64,000 nucleotides of DNA from Pseudomonadota bacterium (GTDB lineage: Bacteria > Bdellovibrionota > Bdellovibrionia > Bdellovibrionales > Bdellovibrionaceae): contig JBEGVH010000031.1 in NCBI GenBank assembly GCA_041178425.1, forward strand, positions 32,001-96,000. Reading direction: 5' to 3'. How positions within the stretch are numbered: the first letter of the stretch is position 1; each line of letters starts with the position of its first letter. The notes below the pieces were generated by a model. It saw only the letters and a program-made list of their open reading frames with translations. It was not told the origin of the DNA and did no database searches. Positions 22,110-31,302 of this stretch are shown piece by piece. The position numbers and the translations under genes were made by a program.

Positions 22110-22748
22110 ATGATTAAGATAAACGAAATTTTTTATAGTATTCAGGGTGAGTCGAGCTATGTGGGCTACCCAACCGTTTTTGTGCGAACAACCGGTTGCA
22201 ATTTGAGGTGCACTTATTGTGATACCAAATACTCCTATCACGAAGGCGAAAATTACTCGAGAGAGACAATTCTAGAAAAGATTGCCTCCTTTGGTGCTCA
22301 ATATGTCTGTATCACTGGTGGAGAGCCCCTGCTACAACCAGATGTCTATCCGCTTTTGGAGGAGCTCTGTAATCTTGGCTATAAGGTTTCGCTCGAAACC
22401 AGTGGGTCCAAGTCCTGCTCACTGGTCGATAGAAGAGTAAAAATTATTCTTGATGTTAAGACTCCTGACAGCGGTGCTCGTGATTCGTTTTGCAGTGCTA
22501 ATCTTGAGGCTATCAGCACAACAACAGAATTAAAGTTTGTAATTTGTAGCGAAGCTGATTTTTTTTGGTCTGAAGACTTTTGTAAAAAACATTCACTTTT
22601 TGAAAAGTGCAGTGTCCTTTATAGTCCCTCCTTCCAGGAAATAGACCCAAAATGGCTGGCTGAGAAAATTTTAGCTACCCAGTCGAGGGCAAGGTTGCAA
22701 TTGCAATTACATAAGTATATTTGGACTCCCGAAACTCGTGGAGTTTAG
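22110..22748 (+). CDS. queE: 7-carboxy-7-deazaguanine synthase (radical SAM)
   Basis: EIFYSIQGE, CNLRCTYCDT (CxxxCxxC), TGGEPL, LQLHK. Confidence 0.9.
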   Translation: MIKINEIFYSIQGESSYVGYPTVFVRTTGCNLRCTYCDTKYSYHEGENYSRETILEKIASFGAQYVCITGGEPLLQPDVYPLLEELCNLGYKVSLETSGSKSCSLVDRRVKIILDVKTPDSGARDSFCSANLEAISTTTELKFVICSEADFFWSEDFCKKHSLFEKCSVLYSPSFQEIDPKWLAEKILATQSRARLQLQLHKYIWTPETRGV

Positions 22749-22849
22749 AATTTCATTTCTTTTACTGCCTTAAATGTTGCCAAAGGGGCATTTAGATCGT
22801 AAGAGGGATGTCCTAATTTTTAACCATATTAAACGAAAGAAGGGACGCC

Positions 22850-23218
22850 ATGTCAGTCAATTTGACGCCCAATGTGAACCCATCATCGCCAACCGTTCAG
22901 CCTGTAGTTCACACTGCTGCAACTGGGCCAGACAATCTTTTTGTTGCTAACTTGTCTTCTATCAGCCTTGAGGAGCTTGTTAAACGCCGCCTCGAAGTAC
23001 ATTTTCAACAACAATCGGCTGTCGATGTTGATGCGGGTGGCTTGAAGCTTTATGACGTGGTTCTTCAACAGGTTGAAAAGCCCTTACTTGAGCTTGCGCT
23101 CAGAGCGACAAACGGCAACCAAGTAAAAACAGCCCAAATGTTAGGTATCAACAGAAATACTCTTAAAAAGAAAATCGATTCATACAAGATTCGCGTTAAA
23201 AGACTCGGAACGATGTAA
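22850..23218 (+). CDS. fis: Fis-like nucleoid protein / HTH_8 regulator
   Basis: LYDVVLQQVEKPLLELALRATNGNQVKTAQMLGINRNTLKKKI matches the Fis core. Confidence 0.8.
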   Translation: MSVNLTPNVNPSSPTVQPVVHTAATGPDNLFVANLSSISLEELVKRRLEVHFQQQSAVDVDAGGLKLYDVVLQQVEKPLLELALRATNGNQVKTAQMLGINRNTLKKKIDSYKIRVKRLGTM

Positions 23219-23234
23219 TTTTTCTAAAAATTTG

Positions 23235-23289
23235 GGCCTTCGATTCGAAGCGAATGTATTGAATTCGAATTTTGAGGGCCTTTATTTTT
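23235..23289 (+). terminator. Probable terminator after fis
   Basis: GGCCTTCGA...TTGAGGGCC imperfect stem followed by TTTATTTTT. Confidence 0.5.
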
Positions 23290-23468
23290 CCCCGTTACTA
23301 TCCCCAATCGCTCTTCATTTTATTCAACATCAAACGTCATTAACGGGCTTCAAAGCGGCTTCCGGTGAGTCTTTTGCTTTAAAAACAAATCTATTGGATT
23401 TGAGAGCAAGGCTTTATTTTTCATTTTGTTCGATTGATGAGTGCCCCTCAATAAGGTAAAAAAGGTCT

Positions 23469-24881
23469 ATGTCATTTGATCCTAAATTGCCTCCCCAAAA
23501 TATTGAAGCTGAGCAATCTATTCTCGGAGGTCTACTTCTCGACAAAGAAGCCTGGGATCAAGTTTCTGATATAATTACAGCAGAAGATTTTTATCGACCC
23601 TCTCATCAAAAATTGTTTGAAGCTATTGCGCACTTACACCGTAGCAGTAAAGAAGTCGATATCATCACTGTTCCAGATTATTTAAAATCTAAAGGTGAAT
23701 TTGACCAAGTTGGTCCGGATTACATTATTCAACTCGTACAGAATACAATAACCACAGCCAATATTGCTACCTATGCAAACATTGTAAGAGAGCGGTCTTT
23801 ACTTAGACGATTGATACAAACTTGCACCGGCATAATTCAAAAATCCTATAGTCAGGATTTTGAAAATGTGGAAACCTTTGTGGATTCTGTTGAAAGCGAA
23901 ATTTATAAAATCAGTGAGAGCCGGGAGTCTTCGGGTCTAACTGAAGCCGCCGACATCGTTTTCAAGAGCATGGAAAAAATCGAACAGCTCTATCATCAAC
24001 AAGCCGACCTCACTGGCATATCAACGGGATTTAATCGACTCGATCAAATGACCTCGGGATTACATCCTGGGGAATTGACGATTATTGCTGCTCGTCCGTC
24101 CATGGGTAAAACGGCCTTTAGTTTGAATATTGCTCAACATGCGGCACTTCGACAAAAAAAATCTGTTGCTTACTTCTCTGTGGAAATGAGTAAAGAATCA
24201 GTCATGATGAGGGTTCTTGCCTCTGAGGCTAAAATTAACCTTGGCGACATAAGAAACGGTCGTGTGCCCGATTCCGCCTGGCCCAAATTAGTCGCTGCTG
24301 CCTCCATGATTAGTGAGGCCCCATTGTTCATTGATGATACCTCGGGCGTGAGTCCTGCCGAAATTCGAGCACGTTGCCGGAGACTAAAAAAGCAAAATGG
24401 GCTTGATCTCATCATGATCGATTATTTGCAGATTATGGATTTAAAACAAAAAGTAGAATCCAGGGAACGTGCGGTTTCTGAAATATCGCGCTCCCTAAAA
24501 GCTATCGCAAAAGAGCTACAGGTTCCCGTTATAGCGCTCGCTCAGCTCAATCGTTCAGTCGAGGGTAGGGCAGAAAAAAAGCCAATGCTGTCAGATCTGC
24601 GTGAATCTGGGTCGATTGAACAAGACGCTGACGTTATTATGATGCTTTATCGAGAAGGTTACTACGATAGGGCCGATGAAGGAAAAGCAGATCATGCTGA
24701 AATCATCATTGGCAAACAGAGAAATGGTCCAACGGGTTCAGTCGATCTCAAGTGGGAACCTAAATTCGGACGTTTTGCAGATGCTGACGAGATGCCTCAG
24801 GCGCCTCCGCCACCCCCTCCGATTCCACTTCAACCGGGTGGCCGACCCAAGAATTTTGCCCCTGGCGCAGGAGCACAATAG
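23469..24881 (+). CDS. dnaB: Replicative DNA helicase
   Basis: PPQNIEAEQSILG, AARPSMGKT, IDYLQ, SDLRESGSIEQDAD, KQRNGP; Pro-rich C-terminal tail. Confidence 0.97.
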   Translation: MSFDPKLPPQNIEAEQSILGGLLLDKEAWDQVSDIITAEDFYRPSHQKLFEAIAHLHRSSKEVDIITVPDYLKSKGEFDQVGPDYIIQLVQNTITTANIATYANIVRERSLLRRLIQTCTGIIQKSYSQDFENVETFVDSVESEIYKISESRESSGLTEAADIVFKSMEKIEQLYHQQADLTGISTGFNRLDQMTSGLHPGELTIIAARPSMGKTAFSLNIAQHAALRQKKSVAYFSVEMSKESVMMRVLASEAKINLGDIRNGRVPDSAWPKLVAAASMISEAPLFIDDTSGVSPAEIRARCRRLKKQNGLDLIMIDYLQIMDLKQKVESRERAVSEISRSLKAIAKELQVPVIALAQLNRSVEGRAEKKPMLSDLRESGSIEQDADVIMMLYREGYYDRADEGKADHAEIIIGKQRNGPTGSVDLKWEPKFGRFADADEMPQAPPPPPPIPLQPGGRPKNFAPGAGAQ

Positions 24882-24915
24882 ATTCCGCCCATCGATGCTC
24901 TTACCACCAAGACAT

Positions 24916-24949
24916 AAAAAAAGCCGAACCCTAATGAGTTCGGCTCTTA
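24916..24949 (-). terminator. Intrinsic terminator of rplI (convergent with dnaB)
   Basis: AGCCGAAC-N8-GTTCGGCT stem with an A7 tract on the plus strand (U-tract on minus). Confidence 0.75.
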
Positions 24950-24974
24950 ATTTAAAGCTGTTTATTTAAATAGC

Positions 24975-25418
24975 TTAGGCTCTTTCAACCGTTACTTGGA
25001 TTTCTCCATGTAGACCTTCACCCAACTTGATAGTTGCTTTGTGTTGACCCAAAACTTTAATTGGCTCTTCAAGGTGAATATCGCGACGATCAACTGAGTA
25101 ACCAGCCTTATCAAGCTCACGAGAAATATCAGTCGTAGTGATCGTACCGAAAAGCTTATCAGTATCACCGGCTGCAGCCTTAAATGAAACAGACACGCCC
25201 TTCATTTTAGCTAAAAGCGCCTCGCGTTCTGCGTGTGCTTTTTTCTTATGAATTTCAGCAACTCTCTTTAAGTGTTCCCACTCGTTTACACGTTTTTCGG
25301 TCGCCTCTTGAGCTAATTTACGTGGAAACAAAAAGTTTCTAGCATATCCATCGGCAACGTTTACTAACTCTCCAACTTTGCCCAAATTTTTAACGTCTTT
25401 TTGTAAAATAACTTTCAT
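24975..25418 (-). CDS. rplI: 50S ribosomal protein L9
   Basis: [39 protein letters not shown]. Confidence 0.97.
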   Translation of the reverse strand: MKVILQKDVKNLGKVGELVNVADGYARNFLFPRKLAQEATEKRVNEWEHLKRVAEIHKKKAHAEREALLAKMKGVSVSFKAAAGDTDKLFGTITTTDISRELDKAGYSVDRRDIHLEEPIKVLGQHKATIKLGEGLHGEIQVTVERA

Positions 25419-25435
25419 AATGTTCTCCTTAAATC

Positions 25436-26314
25436 TTAATGATTCAACCGCAAGCGGAGGAATCTTCTTCTAAATTCGACCCAAAAATCAATGACTCCAA
25501 TAGCAGCCACCAGAAAGAATAGTTGCACCAAGAATACTGCGTACGTCAAAAATCGAACAAAAAATCCGACTCTGAGGGCAGCAAAAAAGGCTTCAACTAC
25601 TGCTAGGCCCTGAAAGAAATAAAGAACAACCATGACATTTACGACGTTTGTTGCAGCCATCGATACGGATTTGTTTCCAATATCAATAAAACTAAACAAA
25701 AATGAAACCATGGCTATCCAAATATAACTATCTGGAAGTTTAAAATCTAAAAGGTGAAGCTTATCTTCGCTCTCTGTTGCAAAGCCAAAAAGTCTTGAAA
25801 TTGGTGTTTCTAAAATGAGGGCCAGAGCCAAACTCATAATTAGAAGGGCGGCAAGAACCGATGGCACCTGACCCAGAAGATATTCTGGCTCTATCTTTAC
25901 CATCGAATTGACCTGCTGTGCCTGTTTCAAAACAATTTGCACCTGCTCTTGAAGTCGCAAAGCTAAGGTTGTTCCCTTAGAAATCAACCATTGCTGTGTG
26001 GCTGACACAGTTACAGCCGCGCTTACTGCTACCGCAGGAAATCCAGCTGCAAACATGTTACGATATCTTTTATAAATTTCCGAAAAGAGACCCATAAGCA
26101 GGGTGACGCTTAAAAGGCTAATGGCTACCGGTATAAGACCAAAGCCAACCAATATAAGCACACCCAATAAGTAAGAAGTCCAAAAGGCACCGCTAGAAAA
26201 ATTCTTGTGAGCCACCCGAATAACGGGAGCCACAAGTAAAAAGGGTAGTGCTGAACCAAGTACGCTCAGAATTACCATTAAACCTAGTTTTAAATACCTC
26301 TTAGAAACTCCCAC
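25436..26314 (-). CDS. DUF2232/YybS family membrane protein
   Basis: Multi-[11 protein letters not shown] and [12 protein letters not shown] motifs; located between rpsF and rplI. Confidence 0.8.
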   Translation of the reverse strand: MGVSKRYLKLGLMVILSVLGSALPFLLVAPVIRVAHKNFSSGAFWTSYLLGVLILVGFGLIPVAISLLSVTLLMGLFSEIYKRYRNMFAAGFPAVAVSAAVTVSATQQWLISKGTTLALRLQEQVQIVLKQAQQVNSMVKIEPEYLLGQVPSVLAALLIMSLALALILETPISRLFGFATESEDKLHLLDFKLPDSYIWIAMVSFLFSFIDIGNKSVSMAATNVVNVMVVLYFFQGLAVVEAFFAALRVGFFVRFLTYAVFLVQLFFLVAAIGVIDFWVEFRRRFLRLRLNH

Positions 26315-26318
26315 CTAA

Positions 26319-26765
26319 TTACTTCCTAGGAGCGCCTTCTGAAGCTGCAACAGCCATTGCGGCTCTCTTAGCTTGAATTTTTGCTTCTCTCTCTTTTTCT
26401 TTGTTAGCGCTCTCAACGATCGCTTTTTTGAAAGCTTCCATGTACTTAGCCAAAGAAGTTCTCTCATCTAAGCGCGTGTGCATATAGCGTAGAACTTTGT
26501 CATTGATTCGCATTGTACGCTCGAGTTCCGCAACAGCAACTGCCTTAGACTCGAAAGTAGAGTGGAAATAAACTGCTTTGCGCGTTTTTCCAATTTGGTT
26601 AGCCAATGTTCTCTTTCCCCAAGTATCTAGTGAGAAAATAGATCCACCCGCTTGTTCGATGATTCCTTTGTTCTTTCTGAAAAGCTCTTTTTGCTCTTCA
26701 AGAGTTGCATCTGGGTGCATAAGAACAATAACTTCGTAATGGCGCTTCAATTCTGTAGTGCTCAT
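26319..26765 (-). CDS. rpsF: 30S ribosomal protein S6 with helical C-terminal extension
   Basis: HYEVIVLMHPD, WGKRTLA..I, ELERTMRINDKVLRYM. Confidence 0.95.
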   Translation of the reverse strand: MSTTELKRHYEVIVLMHPDATLEEQKELFRKNKGIIEQAGGSIFSLDTWGKRTLANQIGKTRKAVYFHSTFESKAVAVAELERTMRINDKVLRYMHTRLDERTSLAKYMEAFKKAIVESANKEKEREAKIQAKRAAMAVAASEGAPRK

Positions 26766-26770
26766 TTTTA

Positions 26771-26814
26771 TCCCTTCGGTTTAGCCAGCCCCCTAACCTA
26801 TTAAGGAGCAAGGA
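26771..26814 (-). promoter_or_regulatory. S6:S18 ribosomal-protein autoregulatory leader RNA
   Basis: UCCUU-GCUCC-N-GGGGC-UGGCUAAA-CCG-AAGGGA directly before the AUG: anti-SD/SD P1, P2 hairpin and conserved CCG, same layout as the recalled E. coli rpsF leader. Confidence 0.75.
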
Positions 26815-26986
26815 CGTTCTTGTTTTAAGAAGTGAAAGGTCTATCATGGCTCGCCCCTTAGAACAAGGGGGAAGATCAGGTGGGTGTTATGTACAAATAG
26901 CTAGGTTTGTCTGCTATTTACAGCCCTTTTAGCCAGATTTCTCATTGCCTTTTGAACCTAGAATAACTTGGGAATATGATGTAATT

Positions 26987-27772
26987 ATGTATACTTACCT
27001 AGAAATTACCTCAGGAACCCAGCAAGGACGAACCTATCTTCTTCGACCAAATTTGCGATTGGGCTCAGGGGAGTGTGAGCTCCAGATCGACGATCCTGAA
27101 CTGCCAGCTCATCATTCCCAGATTATGTACGACGGCAATGACCAAATGGTTCTTGTCTGTACTAATGCCGTCTATGAAATTTTTACTAATGGTCGCTCTT
27201 CAAAGAGGGTCGTTCTGGAAGACGGACAGCATTTGAGGGTGGGAGCAACTACGCTTCAGGTCATAGTCTCGAGTAAGCAACTTCTAGGCGCTCTTGATCC
27301 CCTGAAACCACAATCAGCCACAGACGTCGATCTCGAGCGAACTCTTCAACAAATAAAATCCACAAAATCAACAAGGACGGACTTAGTTGCGGAACTCAAT
27401 CAATTGGCGGCTAGAGCCCCTCGCCATACTAATGCCGCTAGTGTTCGCTTCTTTAAACATCCCGTTAGAATATCTGTCGAACAAGGCCCGCAGGCAGAAG
27501 ATGAATTTGTTTTTACTTGGGGCCCTCGTGATTTTGGGCCATTGGCCCTTGAGTTTCCAATTGAGTTTCCACCCTTTCCAGGCATCTTATTTACGATCAG
27601 TCCGAGTGAAACAGGAGAAATGGTTTTCTCAACAAAACACCCAGATTTTTCTAGAGTTAGTGGCCAGAGGGAAACAACTTGTGTTATGGCTGACGGCGAT
27701 AGAATCGAAATTGGAAATTCAGTACTTTTGATTGAGTATCTTAAGGACATCAGCAGCCATGACGAAGATTGA
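26987..27772 (+). CDS. Tandem FHA-like domain protein
   Basis: LEITSG...G, H..I, TNG...L.DG..LRVG and a second ADGDRIEIG module; start placed at ATG 26987. Confidence 0.7.
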   Translation: MYTYLEITSGTQQGRTYLLRPNLRLGSGECELQIDDPELPAHHSQIMYDGNDQMVLVCTNAVYEIFTNGRSSKRVVLEDGQHLRVGATTLQVIVSSKQLLGALDPLKPQSATDVDLERTLQQIKSTKSTRTDLVAELNQLAARAPRHTNAASVRFFKHPVRISVEQGPQAEDEFVFTWGPRDFGPLALEFPIEFPPFPGILFTISPSETGEMVFSTKHPDFSRVSGQRETTCVMADGDRIEIGNSVLLIEYLKDISSHDED

Positions 27773-28634
27773 AAAAAAAATTGGATACTTTGAAAGCTTT
27801 GACGGACAGCAAATTTACTTTGAATCTCGTGGAAAAGGAGAGCCAATTGTTTTTGTTTATGGAATAGCCTGTTTAATAAATCACTGGCACCATCAAATCG
27901 ATTATTTTTCAAGAAGCGCGCGCACTCTGGTCATCGATTTACGCGGACACCACAAGACAGCAAAGCCTCACTCTCTCGATTCGCTCACAATAGAACACAT
28001 TGGAAAAGATTTAAAATTTTTGCTTCAGAGCCTTCGGATTAATAAGGCCCATTTTGTGGGCCATAGTTTTGGCGCACAAGTTCTTCTGAGTGCTTATCAA
28101 AGTAATCCAGAAATGTTTAAGAGTTTAACTCTCATTAACGGTTTTGCCTCAAACCCCGTGAGCGATATGTTCGGGCTAGGAGTAGTAGATAAACTCTACC
28201 ATTTCATTCGAAACAGTTATCGAGATAATCCCGTGATGTGGAAAACCTTGTGGAAATTGGGTGTGGATAGCCCACTCGCTGTTCCATTTACTTCTTTGGC
28301 TGGTGGCTTTAATTTAAAACTTACAAGCCTTAAGGATATTCAAGTCTACGCCAAGGGCGTGTCCAATATGGACCTCGATGTTTTTTTAAAGTTATTTGAA
28401 GAACTAATGAATTATGATGGATCAGCCATTCTGAAAACCATCGAATGTCCTACTCTTGTTATCAGCGGAGAGAATGACAAAGTGACACCTGTAAAGTTTC
28501 AGAAAGAAATGGCTTTCAATATACCTAATTCAGAATTTCTGGTTGTTCCCTATGGGTCTCATTGCACCCAATTAGATTTTCCTGATTATATAAATCTGAA
28601 GCTAGAAAAGTTTTTAATGCTCGAAAACACCTAA
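27759..28634 (+). CDS. Alpha/beta hydrolase
   Basis: DLRGH, GHSFG nucleophile elbow, GENDKV, GSH; start at ATG 27759. Confidence 0.9.
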   Translation: MTKIEKKIGYFESFDGQQIYFESRGKGEPIVFVYGIACLINHWHHQIDYFSRSARTLVIDLRGHHKTAKPHSLDSLTIEHIGKDLKFLLQSLRINKAHFVGHSFGAQVLLSAYQSNPEMFKSLTLINGFASNPVSDMFGLGVVDKLYHFIRNSYRDNPVMWKTLWKLGVDSPLAVPFTSLAGGFNLKLTSLKDIQVYAKGVSNMDLDVFLKLFEELMNYDGSAILKTIECPTLVISGENDKVTPVKFQKEMAFNIPNSEFLVVPYGSHCTQLDFPDYINLKLEKFLMLENT

Positions 28635-28659
28635 AGCTCCTATAGATCGGAGCTTTAGG
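28630..28659. terminator. Hairpin between the convergent hydrolase and subtilase genes
   Basis: CCTAAAGCTCC-N8-GGAGCTTTAGG 11-bp inverted repeat. Confidence 0.6.
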
Positions 28660-28682
28660 GTTACTTTAAAACGTAAGACAAA

Positions 28683-30314
28683 TTATCGATGCGCCACTTT
28701 GGTTAGTTCAAAGCCATAATCATTGACGCTGTCATCGGCAGTAAATTTAATTTGAACAAAATCTCCAGATACAACGGGTGACCATACGGCTTCCCCTAGA
28801 TCGCCGGTCATTTCTCCAATTTTTTTACCGCTTCTATCAAACAAAACGAGTTTGTCGTAACGAGCCTCAGTATCAAACTTATCGAAGAAGAGCGCGATAT
28901 CTTTGGCTCCCGGAATCTCTACGGTCCAAGTGTCTGTGTATTTTTCAGAATAAGGATGTGGTGTCGAAATACTTAATGCCTGCGTATTTGGCCAATTTGC
29001 GGGATCATTAGGATCCGGTGGAGCCATCTGATTGGTCAATGCCATGTAGGCATCAACAATTCCATTAGAAGCTGATTTTCCTTTTAGACCAGCCAATGGT
29101 TTCGACGTTTTTATTAAACGCTCCCTAACTTTCTCTGGAGTCAGCGTTGGGTCTTGCGACAAAAGCAATGCCACAACTCCTGAAACATGCGGTGTAGCCA
29201 TTGAAGTTCCCGACCAAGAAGCATAGCCGCCAGGGAGGCTACTAAACACGTTAACTCCGGGAGCTGCTACATGAACTGTGCGGCGTCCGAAGCATGAAAA
29301 AGTCGCTAGGCGTCCTCGGTTATCAACCGCCGCTACAGAAATTACGTTTGGAACATTGTAGCTTGCTGGATAAGACGGGCTCTCATCGTTGTTGCCTGAG
29401 TGATTGCCGGCTGCCGCTGTAAAGACGATACCTTTTGCATTTGCCTCATCGATGGCTTCCTTCATTATCTCGGAATATCCACCGCCACCCCATGAGTTAC
29501 TCATGATTTTAACACCCATTTTGGTGGAGTATTTAATGGCTTCGACAGCATCATCTAGACTTCCGCTACCATCTTTACTCAGGAATTTAACTCCCATGAT
29601 TTTTGCATTCCAAGCAACCCCAACAATGCCTTGGTTATCATCGCCTTTGGCCGCAATCGTTCCAGAGCAATGACTTCCGTGGCCATGATCGTCCATTGGA
29701 TCTCCATCCTTATTAACGAAATCATAGCCGTGGATATCATCTACATATCCATTGTTATCATCATCTACTCCAGGTGTGCCGTTGGCCTCTGCCTCGTTAG
29801 TCCAAATATTTCCCTTGAGATCCTTGTGATTGTAGTCGACCCCCGTATCAATAACAGAGATGAGCAGATCTTGATTTCCGGTTTGAATATCCCAAGCCTT
29901 TTCGGCGCCAATATCCACGCCAGCTATTCCTATGCTCTTATTGGAATCGGCCTGACCACTATTAACTAACCCCCATAGCTTGCCAATTTCTGGGTCATTG
30001 GGGAGGCGAGAGGTTCGATAGATATAATTTGGCTCTGCAATCTGAACGACATCAGATTGTAGAAGACGAGAAACAGTTTGTTTTTGGTTTTTGTTATCGT
30101 TTATTTTTAAGACAACAATATCAGAGTTGGGAATCACCCTCTTAACTTTGACGCTCATCCCTTTGTTGAGGGTTAAAAGTGCCGTCTTTTTTGAAACATT
30201 CTTTTTAAGCTGAACAACGTATTCGCCAGCAATAGCCTCTGGATCTGCTCCAAACGCCTTCGACATCGAAAGCAAAATGAGCAATATTAGCTTTTCCCTC
30301 AACCCTCTAAACAT
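28683..30314 (-). CDS. Secreted S8 subtilisin-like serine protease with prodomain and C-terminal CUB-like domain
   Basis: Catalytic triad VIDTG / HGHGSHCSG / GTSMATPH; signal peptide; C-terminal FDTEARYD..F.ADDSV..YGF. Confidence 0.92.
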   Translation of the reverse strand: MFRGLREKLILLILLSMSKAFGADPEAIAGEYVVQLKKNVSKKTALLTLNKGMSVKVKRVIPNSDIVVLKINDNKNQKQTVSRLLQSDVVQIAEPNYIYRTSRLPNDPEIGKLWGLVNSGQADSNKSIGIAGVDIGAEKAWDIQTGNQDLLISVIDTGVDYNHKDLKGNIWTNEAEANGTPGVDDDNNGYVDDIHGYDFVNKDGDPMDDHGHGSHCSGTIAAKGDDNQGIVGVAWNAKIMGVKFLSKDGSGSLDDAVEAIKYSTKMGVKIMSNSWGGGGYSEIMKEAIDEANAKGIVFTAAAGNHSGNNDESPSYPASYNVPNVISVAAVDNRGRLATFSCFGRRTVHVAAPGVNVFSSLPGGYASWSGTSMATPHVSGVVALLLSQDPTLTPEKVRERLIKTSKPLAGLKGKSASNGIVDAYMALTNQMAPPDPNDPANWPNTQALSISTPHPYSEKYTDTWTVEIPGAKDIALFFDKFDTEARYDKLVLFDRSGKKIGEMTGDLGEAVWSPVVSGDFVQIKFTADDSVNDYGFELTKVAHR

Positions 30315-30492
30315 GACCCCTCCTTGGAATGACCACTTCTCACTGTGGTACCCGGAAAGTTTATCAAGAATAGAGGTGAAAAGATGCGGCCGAAAGGACC
30401 ATTTTTATTTAATTAATTTTATGAGGATCAATAAATTTAGTTTATACACGACCAGCCCTAGGATCAGGCTGGTCGCCATAGAAGTAACTCGA

Positions 30493-31290
30493 CTAGCCGT
30501 CTCCGAGCTTTTGACCGGCATCGTGCTTATTCATTGCGGCCGCTACATACTCGCGGTTAAGACGCGCGATTGTTGTTAGGTCAATGCCCTTCGGACACGA
30601 AACCGAACAAGCCCCTGTGTTTGAACAAGCGCCAAATCCTTCGGCATCCATCTGAGCAACCATATTAAGTACTCGTTCTTCCCTCTCAACTTGTCCCTGT
30701 GGCAACAAAGATAGATGCGAAACTTTTGCGCTTGTAAAAAGCATAGCTGATGCATTTTTGCAGCTCGCTACACATGCTCCACATCCAATACACGTTGCTG
30801 CCTCGAATGCCTCGTCGGCGTCACGCTTTCTCACTGGAAGATTATTCGCATCTTGTGCAGTGCCTGTATTTACCGAGACGTATCCACCAGCTGAAATTAT
30901 TCTGTCTAAGGCTGTACGATCTACCATTAGGTCTTTAATGATCGGAAACGCTTGAGCTCTCCAAGGTTCGAGTACAATTTTATCTCCATCTTTAAAGTGA
31001 CGCATATGCAACTGGCAGACTGTGGTTGAGCGCTCAGGACCATGCGCTTCTCCGTCGATCATAAATCCGCAACTACCACAAATTCCCTCACGACAGTCGT
31101 GATCGAATGCAATCGGGTCGCCTCCGTCAGCAATTATCTGCTCATTAACAGCGTCGAGCATTTCTAGAAAGGAGGCGTCGGTTGACACTCCCTTTGCCTG
31201 GTAATCAACAAATTGACCCTCGTTTTTGGGGCCCTTTTGTCGCCAAACTTTTAAAACTAAATCAATATTTTTTGATTGATTAGAAGCCAT
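30493..31290 (-). CDS. sdhB: Succinate dehydrogenase/fumarate reductase Fe-S subunit
   Basis: [21 protein letters not shown]...C...CPK clusters. Confidence 0.95.
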   Translation of the reverse strand: MASNQSKNIDLVLKVWRQKGPKNEGQFVDYQAKGVSTDASFLEMLDAVNEQIIADGGDPIAFDHDCREGICGSCGFMIDGEAHGPERSTTVCQLHMRHFKDGDKIVLEPWRAQAFPIIKDLMVDRTALDRIISAGGYVSVNTGTAQDANNLPVRKRDADEAFEAATCIGCGACVASCKNASAMLFTSAKVSHLSLLPQGQVEREERVLNMVAQMDAEGFGACSNTGACSVSCPKGIDLTTIARLNREYVAAAMNKHDAGQKLGDG

Positions 31291-31302
31291 GATTCTCTCC
31301 CA

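Noticed and set aside
23232..23459. 75-aa ORF between fis and dnaB
   Set aside because: TTG start without RBS, runs through a terminator-like hairpin, no motif; probably non-coding
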